DNA of 64,000 nucleotides from Escherichia coli 042 (GTDB lineage Bacteria; Pseudomonadota; Gammaproteobacteria; Enterobacterales; Enterobacteriaceae): NCBI RefSeq assembly GCF_000027125.1, contig NC_017626.1; one strand, 5' to 3'. Shown piece by piece: positions 1 to 9,480 of this stretch (position 1 is its first letter; each line of letters starts with the position of its first letter). The notes under the pieces were generated by a model. It saw only the letters and a program-made list of their open reading frames with translations, ran no database searches and was not told where the DNA came from. The position numbers and the translations under genes were made by a program.

Positions 1-1776
1 AAAGAACTCGCTTTTCTTAGAAAACAAGGTATTGAGTTTGCAAAAAAATATCCAAAGGTAGCCCGGCGTCTTGGATACAATCAGGGGGGGTCTGAAGATC
101 CACATGTTCAGAGATTAACGGAGTCTTTTGCTTTCTTAAGTTCAAAAATTCATCAGAGATTAGATGAAGATTTACCCGAGTTAATGGAAGCATTACTTCG
201 TAATCTTGCTCCCCAATTTTTGTATAACTATCCTTCATCATGTATTGTATCATTTGAACCAGACAGAAAATCCAGTGGAATAACTTCAACTTATAGAGTT
301 CCTTCTGGCACATCGCTATATTCCAGATATAAATATAAAACCATCTGTCAGTTTCGGACGGTATATCCACTGACTATTGTCCCTGCAACGGTTAATAAAG
401 CAAGAATTCACTATGATAATTCGTCCTCCTTATGGAAAATTGAATTGAATTTAGACGTTTTCGACGGAGCTAATTTTTCTCTTGATTTTGTAAGATTTTA
501 TTTGAATGGTCCGGCAACGGTTACTGGTATAATATATACATTATTGTGCGATGAGGTCGATAATATCGTTTTGCAGAGAAATAATGATGTGTTATATGAT
601 ATCAGTGCTAATATATCCGGTGCCGGATTTTATGAGAGTGAAGTAACACTTCCACAAAAAGGGAACGTTTCTTATATACATAACCTCATACTGGACTATT
701 TTTCTTTTCCAGAACGATTTAACTTCATTGATATAGAATTTGACTCCGGAATCGAATTATGCTCAGGGGATTCTGTGAGAATAGAAATAACATTAAAAAG
801 CAGTGCAGAAAAGTATGAGCCAGACAGAATAGAAAGGAATGTTTCTGAAAGACTTTTTAAAGTAAACTGTTCTCCCGTTGTCAATCTCTTCGAGAAGAAA
901 ACTGAACCCCTACGATTATCTGATGGCCAGGATGAGTATCAGGTAAATACCGATTTATATTCACGTAATGAAGTCTTAATCTGGGATATAAATAAAGTGA
1001 CATTGCACAGATATGAAAATGATATAGTCAAGCAGTTTCCGTTAAAAAATTTATTTGGACTTGAACATTCTGTCATTAAACAATCGTGCAATATATTCTG
1101 GCATAGTTCATGTTATCGCTCGTCTTCTGAAAGAGGGAACTTTGAGGAAAGTGTATATATTCGTCTGAGCGATGATGGCGGAGCCCAGTCATGTATCATG
1201 ACTGGGGATGTCCTTTCAATTGATGCAATATGTACAAATGGTAATATTCCATCATCAATTAATAATGGTGATCCTGATGGTGATTTTGATTGTGATATAG
1301 ATATTGCTCAGCTGCGAATAACTGCGCTGAACCGTCCATCAAGAATGTTGCCGGCTATGGCATTAAAAGGAATGAACTGGAGAATTGTTTCTCAGTTATC
1401 CCTTAATTTTGTGTTGCTCAGTGGTACTGATGGGGCAATGAAACTGAGAGAAATGCTATCCATATATAACTACAACAATAACCACTCAATATCAATTTTT
1501 ATTGAATGGATTAAAGAGTTACAAATCACACCAGTTTCATCCCGTTTACCCGGCATATATCCGCCTGTAACTGCTCGTGGAATTGATATTACCGTAACTC
1601 TTTCAAAGGATGCAGATATGCACCCTGAATGTTTCATGTTTTGCTCTTTCCTTGATCACTTTCTTGGGCTACATGCCCCTGTCAATAGCTTTACTCGCAT
1701 GATTACTGTCATTGAACATGAGGAGCACACTCGTCGTGTATGGCCGATAAGAGCAGGAAAGTTAACATGGCTTTGA
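1..1776 (+). CDS. tssF: Type VI secretion baseplate subunit TssF (ImpG/VasA family), 5' end outside window
   Basis: Frame 1 is open from nt 1 to the stop at 1774-1776 (first Met at 184). Product has a TssF-like N-terminal region (EDPHVQRLTESFAFLSSKIHQRLDEDLPEL) and sits in the canonical tssF-tssG-vgrG order. Confidence 0.75.
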   Translation, partial: KELAFLRKQGIEFAKKYPKVARRLGYNQGGSEDPHVQRLTESFAFLSSKIHQRLDEDLPELMEALLRNLAPQFLYNYPSSCIVSFEPDRKSSGITSTYRVPSGTSLYSRYKYKTICQFRTVYPLTIVPATVNKARIHYDNSSSLWKIELNLDVFDGANFSLDFVRFYLNGPATVTGIIYTLLCDEVDNIVLQRNNDVLYDISANISGAGFYESEVTLPQKGNVSYIHNLILDYFSFPERFNFIDIEFDSGIELCSGDSVRIEITLKSSAEKYEPDRIERNVSERLFKVNCSPVVNLFEKKTEPLRLSDGQDEYQVNTDLYSRNEVLIWDINKVTLHRYENDIVKQFPLKNLFGLEHSVIKQSCNIFWHSSCYRSSSERGNFEESVYIRLSDDGGAQSCIMTGDVLSIDAICTNGNIPSSINNGDPDGDFDCDIDIAQLRITALNRPSRMLPAMALKGMNWRIVSQLSLNFVLLSGTDGAMKLREMLSIYNYNNNHSISIFIEWIKELQITPVSSRLPGIYPPVTARGIDITVTLSKDADMHPECFMFCSFLDHFLGLHAPVNSFTRMITVIEHEEHTRRVWPIRAGKLTWL

Positions 1777-2699
1777 TTAATAACCGGAGTAAATTCAGCT
1801 TTTTCAATAAAGTCCGTGTGTTATTGAAAAATATTCTGAAACCAGATGAAAGCGTTGAAGACGTTGTTGATGAACATTTCAGATTTACATCAAGTCTGTC
1901 TTTAGATGCACCTGACGGTCAGATAGAGAACCTGTATCAGGATGAGAAGGACGGAAAGTATCATCTCACATTATTCGATAATGGATTAACCGGGGCTACA
2001 GGGATTCTTCCTGCCGCATATACAGAATGGCTGATTGAAAGGAAATTACGTTATAATGATGACGCTCCTAAGGCATTCATGGACATGTTTGACCATAGAA
2101 TGTATTGTCTTTCTTATCTCGCATGGCAAAAAATGCATCTGTCAGGAGATGAAAACAGAAGGGATAATAATGTTCTTAACAATGTTCTTTTATCTTTAGG
2201 CGGGATCACTCCTCAGACAGTTAGTGTGACAGGTCTGGCATACGTTGCATTCTATTCACAACCAGTAAGATCCCTGGCCGGGCTTGAGCAGTTACTCTCG
2301 TTAATACATCAAATCAGAGTGTCCATTAATCCTTTTCGTGGCACTTTTGAAAATACAGAACCCAGTGAGCAGGGGGTTCTGGGGAATTGCCTCTATACTC
2401 TGGGGGAAGGTCCTGTCATAGGCAATGTTCGTTGGGTGGTTGATTCACATTTTGATGTTGTATTGGGGCCTGTGGACTATAGAAAAGCACAGGAACTTAT
2501 GCCGGGAAAAGATTCCCACTATTTTATCAGACAACAAATAAGATCGTATATAGGTGATGTTCTTAAGTTCAAAATATATGTGAAAATCTATCCCGGTAAC
2601 AATGATAATCAACTTAATATAAACAATAAGCTTGGTTTCAATCTTTCACTCGGTTCTGAAACAGAAAATTATAAAGAACGGTGCTTTTGTATATTTTGA
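1767..2699 (+). CDS. tssG: Type VI secretion baseplate subunit TssG (ImpH/VasB family)
   Basis: ORF directly downstream of and overlapping tssF, with size and position typical of TssG. ATG 1767 has an AGGAAA RBS about 9 nt upstream; ATG 1740 is an alternative start. Confidence 0.65.
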   Translation: MALINNRSKFSFFNKVRVLLKNILKPDESVEDVVDEHFRFTSSLSLDAPDGQIENLYQDEKDGKYHLTLFDNGLTGATGILPAAYTEWLIERKLRYNDDAPKAFMDMFDHRMYCLSYLAWQKMHLSGDENRRDNNVLNNVLLSLGGITPQTVSVTGLAYVAFYSQPVRSLAGLEQLLSLIHQIRVSINPFRGTFENTEPSEQGVLGNCLYTLGEGPVIGNVRWVVDSHFDVVLGPVDYRKAQELMPGKDSHYFIRQQIRSYIGDVLKFKIYVKIYPGNNDNQLNINNKLGFNLSLGSETENYKERCFCIF

Positions 2700-2711
2700 T
2701 GAGAATATATT

Positions 2712-4694
2712 ATGACTAGGCAAAGATTTATATCTGACGATCATTATAAATTCCAGAGTGAACATTTTATCCGGTTGCACGGCTGTGATATATCATTATT
2801 TCCACTTGAGATTAAAGGTAAAGAGTCAATATCTGATGTATATAGTTATGAAATAAAATGCTTTAGTAGGACCGACCACAACTCTCTGGATAAGTTACAC
2901 GGCACGCGTTTGAGTTGTGAGATCGGGGAACAATACAATTCGTTACCTGCGCGCTTCATTCATGGTGTGGTCACAAAAGTGATATATAATTATGATAACA
3001 GCATGCAACATACCTGCATTATTATCTTACAACCAGAGATAGCCGAATTGGCATCTGGTAAAAGAACAAGAGTATGGTCAAATATAAAGCCATCAGATAT
3101 TGTAAGCACAATTCTGGAAGACAGTTTATTTAGTCCGCCACAAGTAATTTTATATAAAGAACAGAATTTGCTGGAGTATAAGATCCAGTACCAGGAGTCA
3201 GATCTTGACTTTATTAATAGAATTTTGTCTGAGGCGGGCATTTACTATTTCTTTGTTCATAATAGAGATAAACATATTATGACATTGGCAGATGATCCTG
3301 CATCTCATCCTAAAGCATCTTATGATAAACTGGAACACTTACCCTGTGAAAATCTGAAGGAATCGCGTCATGGCTATATCAGGGAATGGTCTTTCACAGA
3401 AAGTCTCAAATGTCCTTCTGTGACACTTTCAGGTTATAATGAGAGTAATGTCAGTGAAATTACTATAAAGTCAGAAAGTAAACTGACGGATGTAAAACCC
3501 AGTAAGGGAGTTTATGAAGATATTATCCCAGAGAGAAAGCGTGAGTTGATAAAGAAACGTTCTGAAGCACTGATAGCATCATGTGACAGTGAACTCAAAA
3601 TCTGGTCAGGAAAAACGGATTCATGGTGGTTGTCATGCGGGGAGTGTTTCAGTCTGGACAAACAGGATTACAGAATTACTTCGTTATATCTTAATGCTGT
3701 CAACAATGACAATGAACATGCTGGTTTGTGTTATTGTGATTTGTGTGCTTCAGATAATAAAAGCTCACTTAATTTCAGCCGTGAATTTAAAACACCTATT
3801 ATTCCCGGTGTTTTACTTGCCAGAGTGGTCGGTCCTGACTCCGAAGAATATTATACAGATGATAATGGGCGTGTAAAAATCAGCTTTCTCTGGGGAGAAA
3901 AGTCAGCGGCAGGTACAGATAAAACCTCCTGTTGGGTCCGTGTATCTCAGGTATGGTCCGGGGAGGGATTCGGTAGTCAGTTTATTCCTCGCATTGGCAG
4001 TGAGGTTCTGGTTAGTTTTATACAGGGTAATCCTGACTATCCAGTTATCGTTGGTACAGTGTATAATGGTCAGAATACATCGCCTTTTTCTCTTCCTGAG
4101 AATAATTGTAAGTCTGGATTTATCACCCGTAGTGTTAAGAATGGTAAAAAAGGAGAAGGTCATCAACTGGTTTTTGATGATAAAGAAGGTGAGGAAAAAG
4201 TTATAGTGACTTCATCTGGTGATTCTCTCCTGACTGTAAAGAAGGATATGATCAGCACTATTAACCGCTCTATGTCGTTAACTATTGCTGAAGGGCGTAA
4301 TGCTGAAATAAAAAGAGGGAATGACAGGCTTGTTCTTAAAGAAGGTGACCTACATAATGATGTACATGGTAATATTAATATAAAAGTTTCGAACGGAGAT
4401 TATAATCTTAAAGTGAGCGGGGGAAGTGGTAGTCTTATCACCGATAAGAATCTTACTCTTGAATCAACACAGTCAATAAAAATAAAAGTGGGTGCAAATG
4501 AGATAACGATATCCACATCAGGTATAGATATAAAAGCCGCTAAAATTACTATAGAAGGGCAGGTATCGGCAGAGGTCAAAGCGGCCACACTTAAGTTTGA
4601 AAGCCAGGCTATTTCTGAGGTAAAAGGCACCATGTTGACGCTTCAGGGCTCTGCAATGACACAGATAAAAGGTGGAATCGTGAATATAGGATAA
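2712..4694 (+). CDS. vgrG: Type VI secretion spike protein VgrG (TssI)
   Basis: 660-aa product with a VgrG gp27/gp5-like core, including RVSQVWSGEGFGSQFIPRIGSEVLVSF and GNPDYPVIVGTVYNG. Beta-rich C-terminal region; ATG preceded by an RBS. Confidence 0.88.
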   Translation: MTRQRFISDDHYKFQSEHFIRLHGCDISLFPLEIKGKESISDVYSYEIKCFSRTDHNSLDKLHGTRLSCEIGEQYNSLPARFIHGVVTKVIYNYDNSMQHTCIIILQPEIAELASGKRTRVWSNIKPSDIVSTILEDSLFSPPQVILYKEQNLLEYKIQYQESDLDFINRILSEAGIYYFFVHNRDKHIMTLADDPASHPKASYDKLEHLPCENLKESRHGYIREWSFTESLKCPSVTLSGYNESNVSEITIKSESKLTDVKPSKGVYEDIIPERKRELIKKRSEALIASCDSELKIWSGKTDSWWLSCGECFSLDKQDYRITSLYLNAVNNDNEHAGLCYCDLCASDNKSSLNFSREFKTPIIPGVLLARVVGPDSEEYYTDDNGRVKISFLWGEKSAAGTDKTSCWVRVSQVWSGEGFGSQFIPRIGSEVLVSFIQGNPDYPVIVGTVYNGQNTSPFSLPENNCKSGFITRSVKNGKKGEGHQLVFDDKEGEEKVIVTSSGDSLLTVKKDMISTINRSMSLTIAEGRNAEIKRGNDRLVLKEGDLHNDVHGNINIKVSNGDYNLKVSGGSGSLITDKNLTLESTQSIKIKVGANEITISTSGIDIKAAKITIEGQVSAEVKAATLKFESQAISEVKGTMLTLQGSAMTQIKGGIVNIG

Positions 4695-4704
4695 AGGATT
4701 ACAT

Positions 4705-5172
4705 ATGTCAGAGACAAAGAATATCACTGTTCCGGAAATTAATAAAACAGTTGAGCAAATGCTGATAAAAGGGAGATGGCTGGATGCACTTGATTTCTGG
4801 ATTAATAATACAGATTCGTTAGTATTAATCAGATGGCTGGCACAATTTATCTCTCAGTTATCTCCTGAAGAGGATTCACTGCTTTTACAGTCTATTGTCA
4901 GATGGAAGGAAGGCGATGATGAGCAACGCTGGGAAATATTTAGACACGCTGAGTCTGTTGGATTTTCCACTCAGACAGGTGCACTGGGGGTGTCATTATT
5001 TGTATCACAGGGGAGTCTAAGTCCGGCCCCATATGATCCGGTCTATGCACCGTCATGTTCAGAAAAAAAAATTATTTATGGAATATTAATGCATCAGTCG
5101 AATAAATATTATGATGCACCTGATGAAGGTGTGTTTTTTCTTTTTCGGCATTGGTGTAATAGTCATTCCTAG
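4705..5172 (+). CDS. Hypothetical protein between vgrG and PAAR (possible T6SS accessory, adaptor or immunity protein)
   Basis: 155-aa ORF with an AAGGA RBS and 10-nt spacing to the vgrG stop. No motif recognised. Confidence 0.5.
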   Translation: MSETKNITVPEINKTVEQMLIKGRWLDALDFWINNTDSLVLIRWLAQFISQLSPEEDSLLLQSIVRWKEGDDEQRWEIFRHAESVGFSTQTGALGVSLFVSQGSLSPAPYDPVYAPSCSEKKIIYGILMHQSNKYYDAPDEGVFFLFRHWCNSHS

Positions 5173-5181
5173 GAGTTGTAT

Positions 5182-5481
5182 ATGCCTCAACCTGCTGCAA
5201 GAGTTACTGATATGCATGTATGTCCTATGGTGACGCCTGGTTTACCACCTGTTCCCCATGTTGGGGGGCCATTGTTACCACCAGGCTCTCCGTCTGTATT
5301 TATTGGTGGATTACCGGCAGCGACATTGGGGACCCTGGCTCTTTGTTCTGGGCCAGTGGATGTTGTCATTATGGGAAGTGTTAAGGTCTTGATATGCGGC
5401 AAACCAGCTGCACGAATGGGCGATATCTGTGCTCACGGAGGGACAATTGTCAGTGGATATCCTCAGGTATTAATAGGATGA
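5182..5481 (+). CDS. PAAR-domain protein (T6SS spike tip)
   Basis: About 100-aa Gly/Pro/Ala-rich product with PAAR-like repeats (AARVTDMHVCP, GGLPAATLG, GKPAARMGDICAHGG). AGGAG RBS at 5171-5175. Confidence 0.82.
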   Translation: MPQPAARVTDMHVCPMVTPGLPPVPHVGGPLLPPGSPSVFIGGLPAATLGTLALCSGPVDVVIMGSVKVLICGKPAARMGDICAHGGTIVSGYPQVLIG

Positions 5482-5484
5482 AAA

Positions 5485-6561
5485 ATGAACAAAATAGAAA
5501 CGGATACATTACTGCTTCCTGTTATAGGAGAATCGCCGGCAGGTGATGATATTGAGTATGATCCGGTGTATAGCGAAATACGGGAGGCAAGACAAAATGA
5601 TCCGGACTATATGTCTCAGGGGGAATGGGCTGTCAGTGAACCCCGCAGAGCTGACTGGAGAAAAGTAAGAAAATTATGTGAGGTTACTTTACGTAATAAG
5701 AGTAAGGACCTACAAATTAGTTGCTGGTATGTGGAGTCCTTGACGCATTTATATGCTCTGGAAGGGATGCATTGCGGATTGGAATATCTTGCAAAGTTTA
5801 TTTCTCAGTACTGGACTACATGCTGGCCATCGCAGGAAGAAGGTCAGGAAATTCGTTACAGTAAATTGGTTCGTCTTGATATAGATTTATCAGAGTATCT
5901 GAAAGCATATCCTCTTCTTGAGGATAAGGAAATCACACTTTCTGAATGGTATAAGGTGTTATCGTTTGAACATGGAGCAAGTTTGTCAGAAGCTGGAAAA
6001 GAAAGATTAATAGAGAGCGAAGGTGATCACTCTGTTGAGTCCTTCAAAAGAGCTGTAGGAAAATATAATCCCCGCAAGGTTAGTGAGCAACTTCTCCAGC
6101 TTTATGATCTACCTGACAAAATTGATGAGATTGAATCTTCTTACTTCTTTCATACGCATGAAGATATACATCATATTTTCGCAAAAACCAGACATATCAT
6201 CAGTGAGATAACCGAGTTACTGAGTCGTTTTTTGCCGCAAGAAACACTGGATCACAGTTCAGTTTCTCAATTTCTAGGCAAACCCGATAGCAGAGACACA
6301 AGGACAGCACTTCCTGAGGAGAAAAAGGAATTTTATTCTGCATTAACACCCTCAACAGATAAAGAGATGTCAAGGGAGAAAGCTATAGAGCAACTGGAGA
6401 AAATAGCTATTTTTTTCAGGCAATCTGAACCAACCAGTCCTGTTCCTTATCTTCTGGAGAGGGCCATACGTTGGTCAACAATGACTATGTCAGAATGGCT
6501 TGAGGAACTACTTAAAGATAATGACTCTATGGAACAAATAAACCGTGTCTTAAAAGGATGA
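5485..6561 (+). CDS. tssA: ImpA_N-domain protein (TssA family)
   Basis: 358-aa product whose N-terminal region carries an ImpA_N-like signature (WRKVRKLCEVTL, DLQISCWYVESLTHLYALEG, YWTTCWP). Embedded in the T6SS core cluster. Confidence 0.65.
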   Translation: MNKIETDTLLLPVIGESPAGDDIEYDPVYSEIREARQNDPDYMSQGEWAVSEPRRADWRKVRKLCEVTLRNKSKDLQISCWYVESLTHLYALEGMHCGLEYLAKFISQYWTTCWPSQEEGQEIRYSKLVRLDIDLSEYLKAYPLLEDKEITLSEWYKVLSFEHGASLSEAGKERLIESEGDHSVESFKRAVGKYNPRKVSEQLLQLYDLPDKIDEIESSYFFHTHEDIHHIFAKTRHIISEITELLSRFLPQETLDHSSVSQFLGKPDSRDTRTALPEEKKEFYSALTPSTDKEMSREKAIEQLEKIAIFFRQSEPTSPVPYLLERAIRWSTMTMSEWLEELLKDNDSMEQINRVLKG

Positions 6562-6568
6562 GAAATTG

Positions 6569-7120
6569 ATGACTATTAAGTGCCTGCTACTAGCGGTTAT
6601 GGTATGCCCCTTTTTCATCACTGCCTGTTCTGATAAGTATTCTGAACAGGATAGAGTGCAGGCTATCAACAATGCCGATGCTCCATTTGGCGCCGGCTTG
6701 CTTACTTTTCAGATATCATCTGATACGCAATTAAACTCACTTAACGAGATATCCAACAGCTGTGCATTATTATTCTTACAGGCTTCAGATAAAAATACAT
6801 TACAGGACATAATGAATAATCCTGTGTTAATCAAACAGTTTTTTATCGGGACAGGTAAGGTTGATGGCATTCTTAAAGTTGATAAATACGTGGCTATGCC
6901 GGGGCAGGAGATAACGCTACATATAGACAGGAATGAAGGGACTAAATATGTAGGTGTGGTTGCTGGATACTATCCATTTCCTGGAAAACAGCATATGTTA
7001 CTCTTAGATATTCCGGTTGATGTTGTTGAGGAAGGTTGGTGGAATAAATCATTACATGCATCACTCTTACCTCTTTCCAAAAAGATATCGATGGGTAAAG
7101 AAAGTATCAGTATGAAATAA
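6569..7120 (+). CDS. tssJ: T6SS outer-membrane lipoprotein TssJ
   Basis: Signal peptide followed by a lipobox (FFITAC); about 180 aa; located between tssA and tssK. Confidence 0.65.
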   Translation: MTIKCLLLAVMVCPFFITACSDKYSEQDRVQAINNADAPFGAGLLTFQISSDTQLNSLNEISNSCALLFLQASDKNTLQDIMNNPVLIKQFFIGTGKVDGILKVDKYVAMPGQEITLHIDRNEGTKYVGVVAGYYPFPGKQHMLLLDIPVDVVEEGWWNKSLHASLLPLSKKISMGKESISMK

Positions 7121-7138
7121 TTGTACGGGTATTACTGC

Positions 7139-8551
7139 ATGCAAGAAGAAGAACAACTTGTTTATTGGTATTCAGGGCTCTATTTACAACCTCAGCACTT
7201 TCAGTCAATTGACTTGCATCATGGCTTCATGCTTGCCAGAAGCAGGCAGTTATCACAACCCCATCATCAGGGGTACTATGAATGTTGTATCAATGATGAT
7301 CTTCTTAAGGAAGATACTGTCAGAGTTGAAAAAATAAAGGCTGTTTTATCTTCAGGGTATTATATCGAGTATCCGGGTAACTGTGTGGTACAGGATAAGT
7401 GCCTGACAAATCTCAAAGGTTCAGATCACGGTACCGTGGATTTGTGGCTTGCGCTTAAGAGATTCAATTCCGGTCATAAAAATGTCTCCAGTGTTAATGA
7501 TAAACGAGGCTCTGCCAGATGGATAAGTTCAGATGATGAACGTAACATGCGTAATGTTTATCATGACAGTCAGGATGCCGATATTACAAGAATAAAATAT
7601 GATATTCAGATTCTTACAGATGAGGAAAAAGATAATACTACAGACTATGAGTATTTACCCCTGACAAGGATCATATATGGAAATAATTCATTGTGTATTG
7701 ATGATGAGTGTTCATTTCCCGTGATGAGGTTATCTGCGAATCACAAACTTAGAAATAAGATCGCAGAGATCTATTCGGATATTAAGTTCTACAAAAATAG
7801 ACTGGAGAAATACAGATATACAGAACGAACAGTGTCCGATGGACATCTTTATAACTTTTTAATTCTATGTGCTATTAATAGGACATTACCACTTCTTTCT
7901 TCATTCATTAATGAAGATGCCATTCACCCATGGTTGTATTATATGGCATTATGTCAGTTTGCAGGGGAAATATCTACATTTCATAACTCTGGACTTTCAG
8001 ATACTAGGATTGTCGAACTATCATACAATCATTATGAGCAGATCTCATGTTTCAGTGATCTGCAGTATTATATTAAGTTAATACTGGATGATTCATGTCG
8101 AGATAAGATTATTAGTGTTGAATTCAGAAAAATAACTACTGATACATTGATCTGTAATTTCGATGAGTACGGTGCCGGAAGTAATTCAGATTACTATATT
8201 AAGTTAACCTCAGATACCTTCAGAAAGAATAAGCTGATTGCATTGCCAGAGATTAAGATTGCTCCATCTGAACATATCGACATGATAATTCAGCATGCTC
8301 TTCCAGGAATCAAGTTTACAGTGATGGATGCCGTTACATCTGATTTGCAGGTAAGAGAGAATACAATCTGGTTAAAGATAGATAAACATTCAGAATTATG
8401 GACGTTAGCTCAGACTCAAAAAAGAGTTGCATTCTATTGGTCATGTAGTCCTGATGATTTACTTGTAGAGTTAGTATTATCGCAGGAAAAGTATGCCGTA
8501 AGCAGGCCTAAACAGGATAACGGTTCTTTCCATCCGGCGGTTGGCAGATAA
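7139..8551 (+). CDS. tssK: T6SS baseplate protein TssK
   Basis: N-terminal motif LVYWYSGLYLQPQHFQ is typical of TssK; about 470 aa. The ORF track starts at TTG 7121; ATG 7139 is the more likely start. Confidence 0.78.
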   Translation: MQEEEQLVYWYSGLYLQPQHFQSIDLHHGFMLARSRQLSQPHHQGYYECCINDDLLKEDTVRVEKIKAVLSSGYYIEYPGNCVVQDKCLTNLKGSDHGTVDLWLALKRFNSGHKNVSSVNDKRGSARWISSDDERNMRNVYHDSQDADITRIKYDIQILTDEEKDNTTDYEYLPLTRIIYGNNSLCIDDECSFPVMRLSANHKLRNKIAEIYSDIKFYKNRLEKYRYTERTVSDGHLYNFLILCAINRTLPLLSSFINEDAIHPWLYYMALCQFAGEISTFHNSGLSDTRIVELSYNHYEQISCFSDLQYYIKLILDDSCRDKIISVEFRKITTDTLICNFDEYGAGSNSDYYIKLTSDTFRKNKLIALPEIKIAPSEHIDMIIQHALPGIKFTVMDAVTSDLQVRENTIWLKIDKHSELWTLAQTQKRVAFYWSCSPDDLLVELVLSQEKYAVSRPKQDNGSFHPAVGR

Positions 8552-8877
8552 CGTTCATCCACTTTTGGGAGCTGAAATATGCTTTATCCAGACACTGGAA
8601 GACGTAGCCTAGTACAATATCTGTCAGGCTCCACAGGAGAACCGGATGGCAGAACAGAAAATCGCAGGATGTTTATGGACACGATAGGAGAAGCAGTATT
8701 GCGTTCATGTCAACCATATGTAAGAACCGTATTTAACTCTGTAGTGGTGTTGAACATAATGAGAACCACCCACATAGTGAGCATGGATGTTGCTCATCTG
8801 GCGAATATCAGTGCCAGTGGGCAAATGTTCAATTACAGTTTATCATTTTTGGGGATGAAACATGTTATACTTATGTT

Positions 8878-9480
8878 GTGGAGGTGCTGGTGAATATTGT
8901 TGAATGCTATATGCCAGTATTTAAACTCATATCATCTGTCAGAGTTTTCCCTGAAGAATATAGTGATTACGACAGTACTAGAAAGAATATAATTAACACT
9001 GTTGAGGAGGCTGTTCGCAATAGTGAAAAAATGTCGTTGAGTGACAGCGAACTTGATGCGGCATTTTATGCTGTAATCGTCATGCTTGATGAGGCAATAT
9101 TGTGTTCAGAGCTTCCCTGTAGAAAAGAATGGCGTGATAATCTTTTGCAGATAAAATATTTCGGACACTCCACTGGGGGGGTCGAGTTCTTTTATAAACT
9201 TGATAAAGTCATCGAATCGGGAAGTCAGGCTGGATGGGTCTTTCTCCTGTGCCTGTTACTGGGTTTCAGAGGTAAATATTCCGTGGGTAGTAATGATGAA
9301 ATCAATAATTATATATCGAGGCTGAGGCGACAATGTGAATTGAATGTTGCAATCGACGAAGGAAACAATATTTCACTCAGGGAAAAAAAGTATAAATCAT
9401 CGAGGCTTGGTTTCTATTTATTACTTGTAGGTATTGTTGCTGTCTATTTTGTGGTTTTATCCATGATTTATATGAGATGA
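8878..9480 (+). CDS. tssL: T6SS membrane protein TssL (DotU family)
   Basis: About 200-aa product with a single C-terminal transmembrane helix (LGFYLLLVGIVAVYFVVLSMIY). Stop overlaps the tssM start (ATGA). Exact start uncertain (GTG 8878 or ATG near 8911). Confidence 0.68.
   Translation: MEVLVNIVECYMPVFKLISSVRVFPEEYSDYDSTRKNIINTVEEAVRNSEKMSLSDSELDAAFYAVIVMLDEAILCSELPCRKEWRDNLLQIKYFGHSTGGVEFFYKLDKVIESGSQAGWVFLLCLLLGFRGKYSVGSNDEINNYISRLRRQCELNVAIDEGNNISLREKKYKSSRLGFYLLLVGIVAVYFVVLSMIYMR

Noticed and set aside
8579-8893. 104-aa ORF considered as an N-terminal extension of TssL
   Set aside because: It is in a different frame from tssL, and the 200-aa tssL product already covers a DotU-like cytoplasmic domain plus transmembrane anchor; kept only as an unexplained-gap observation.
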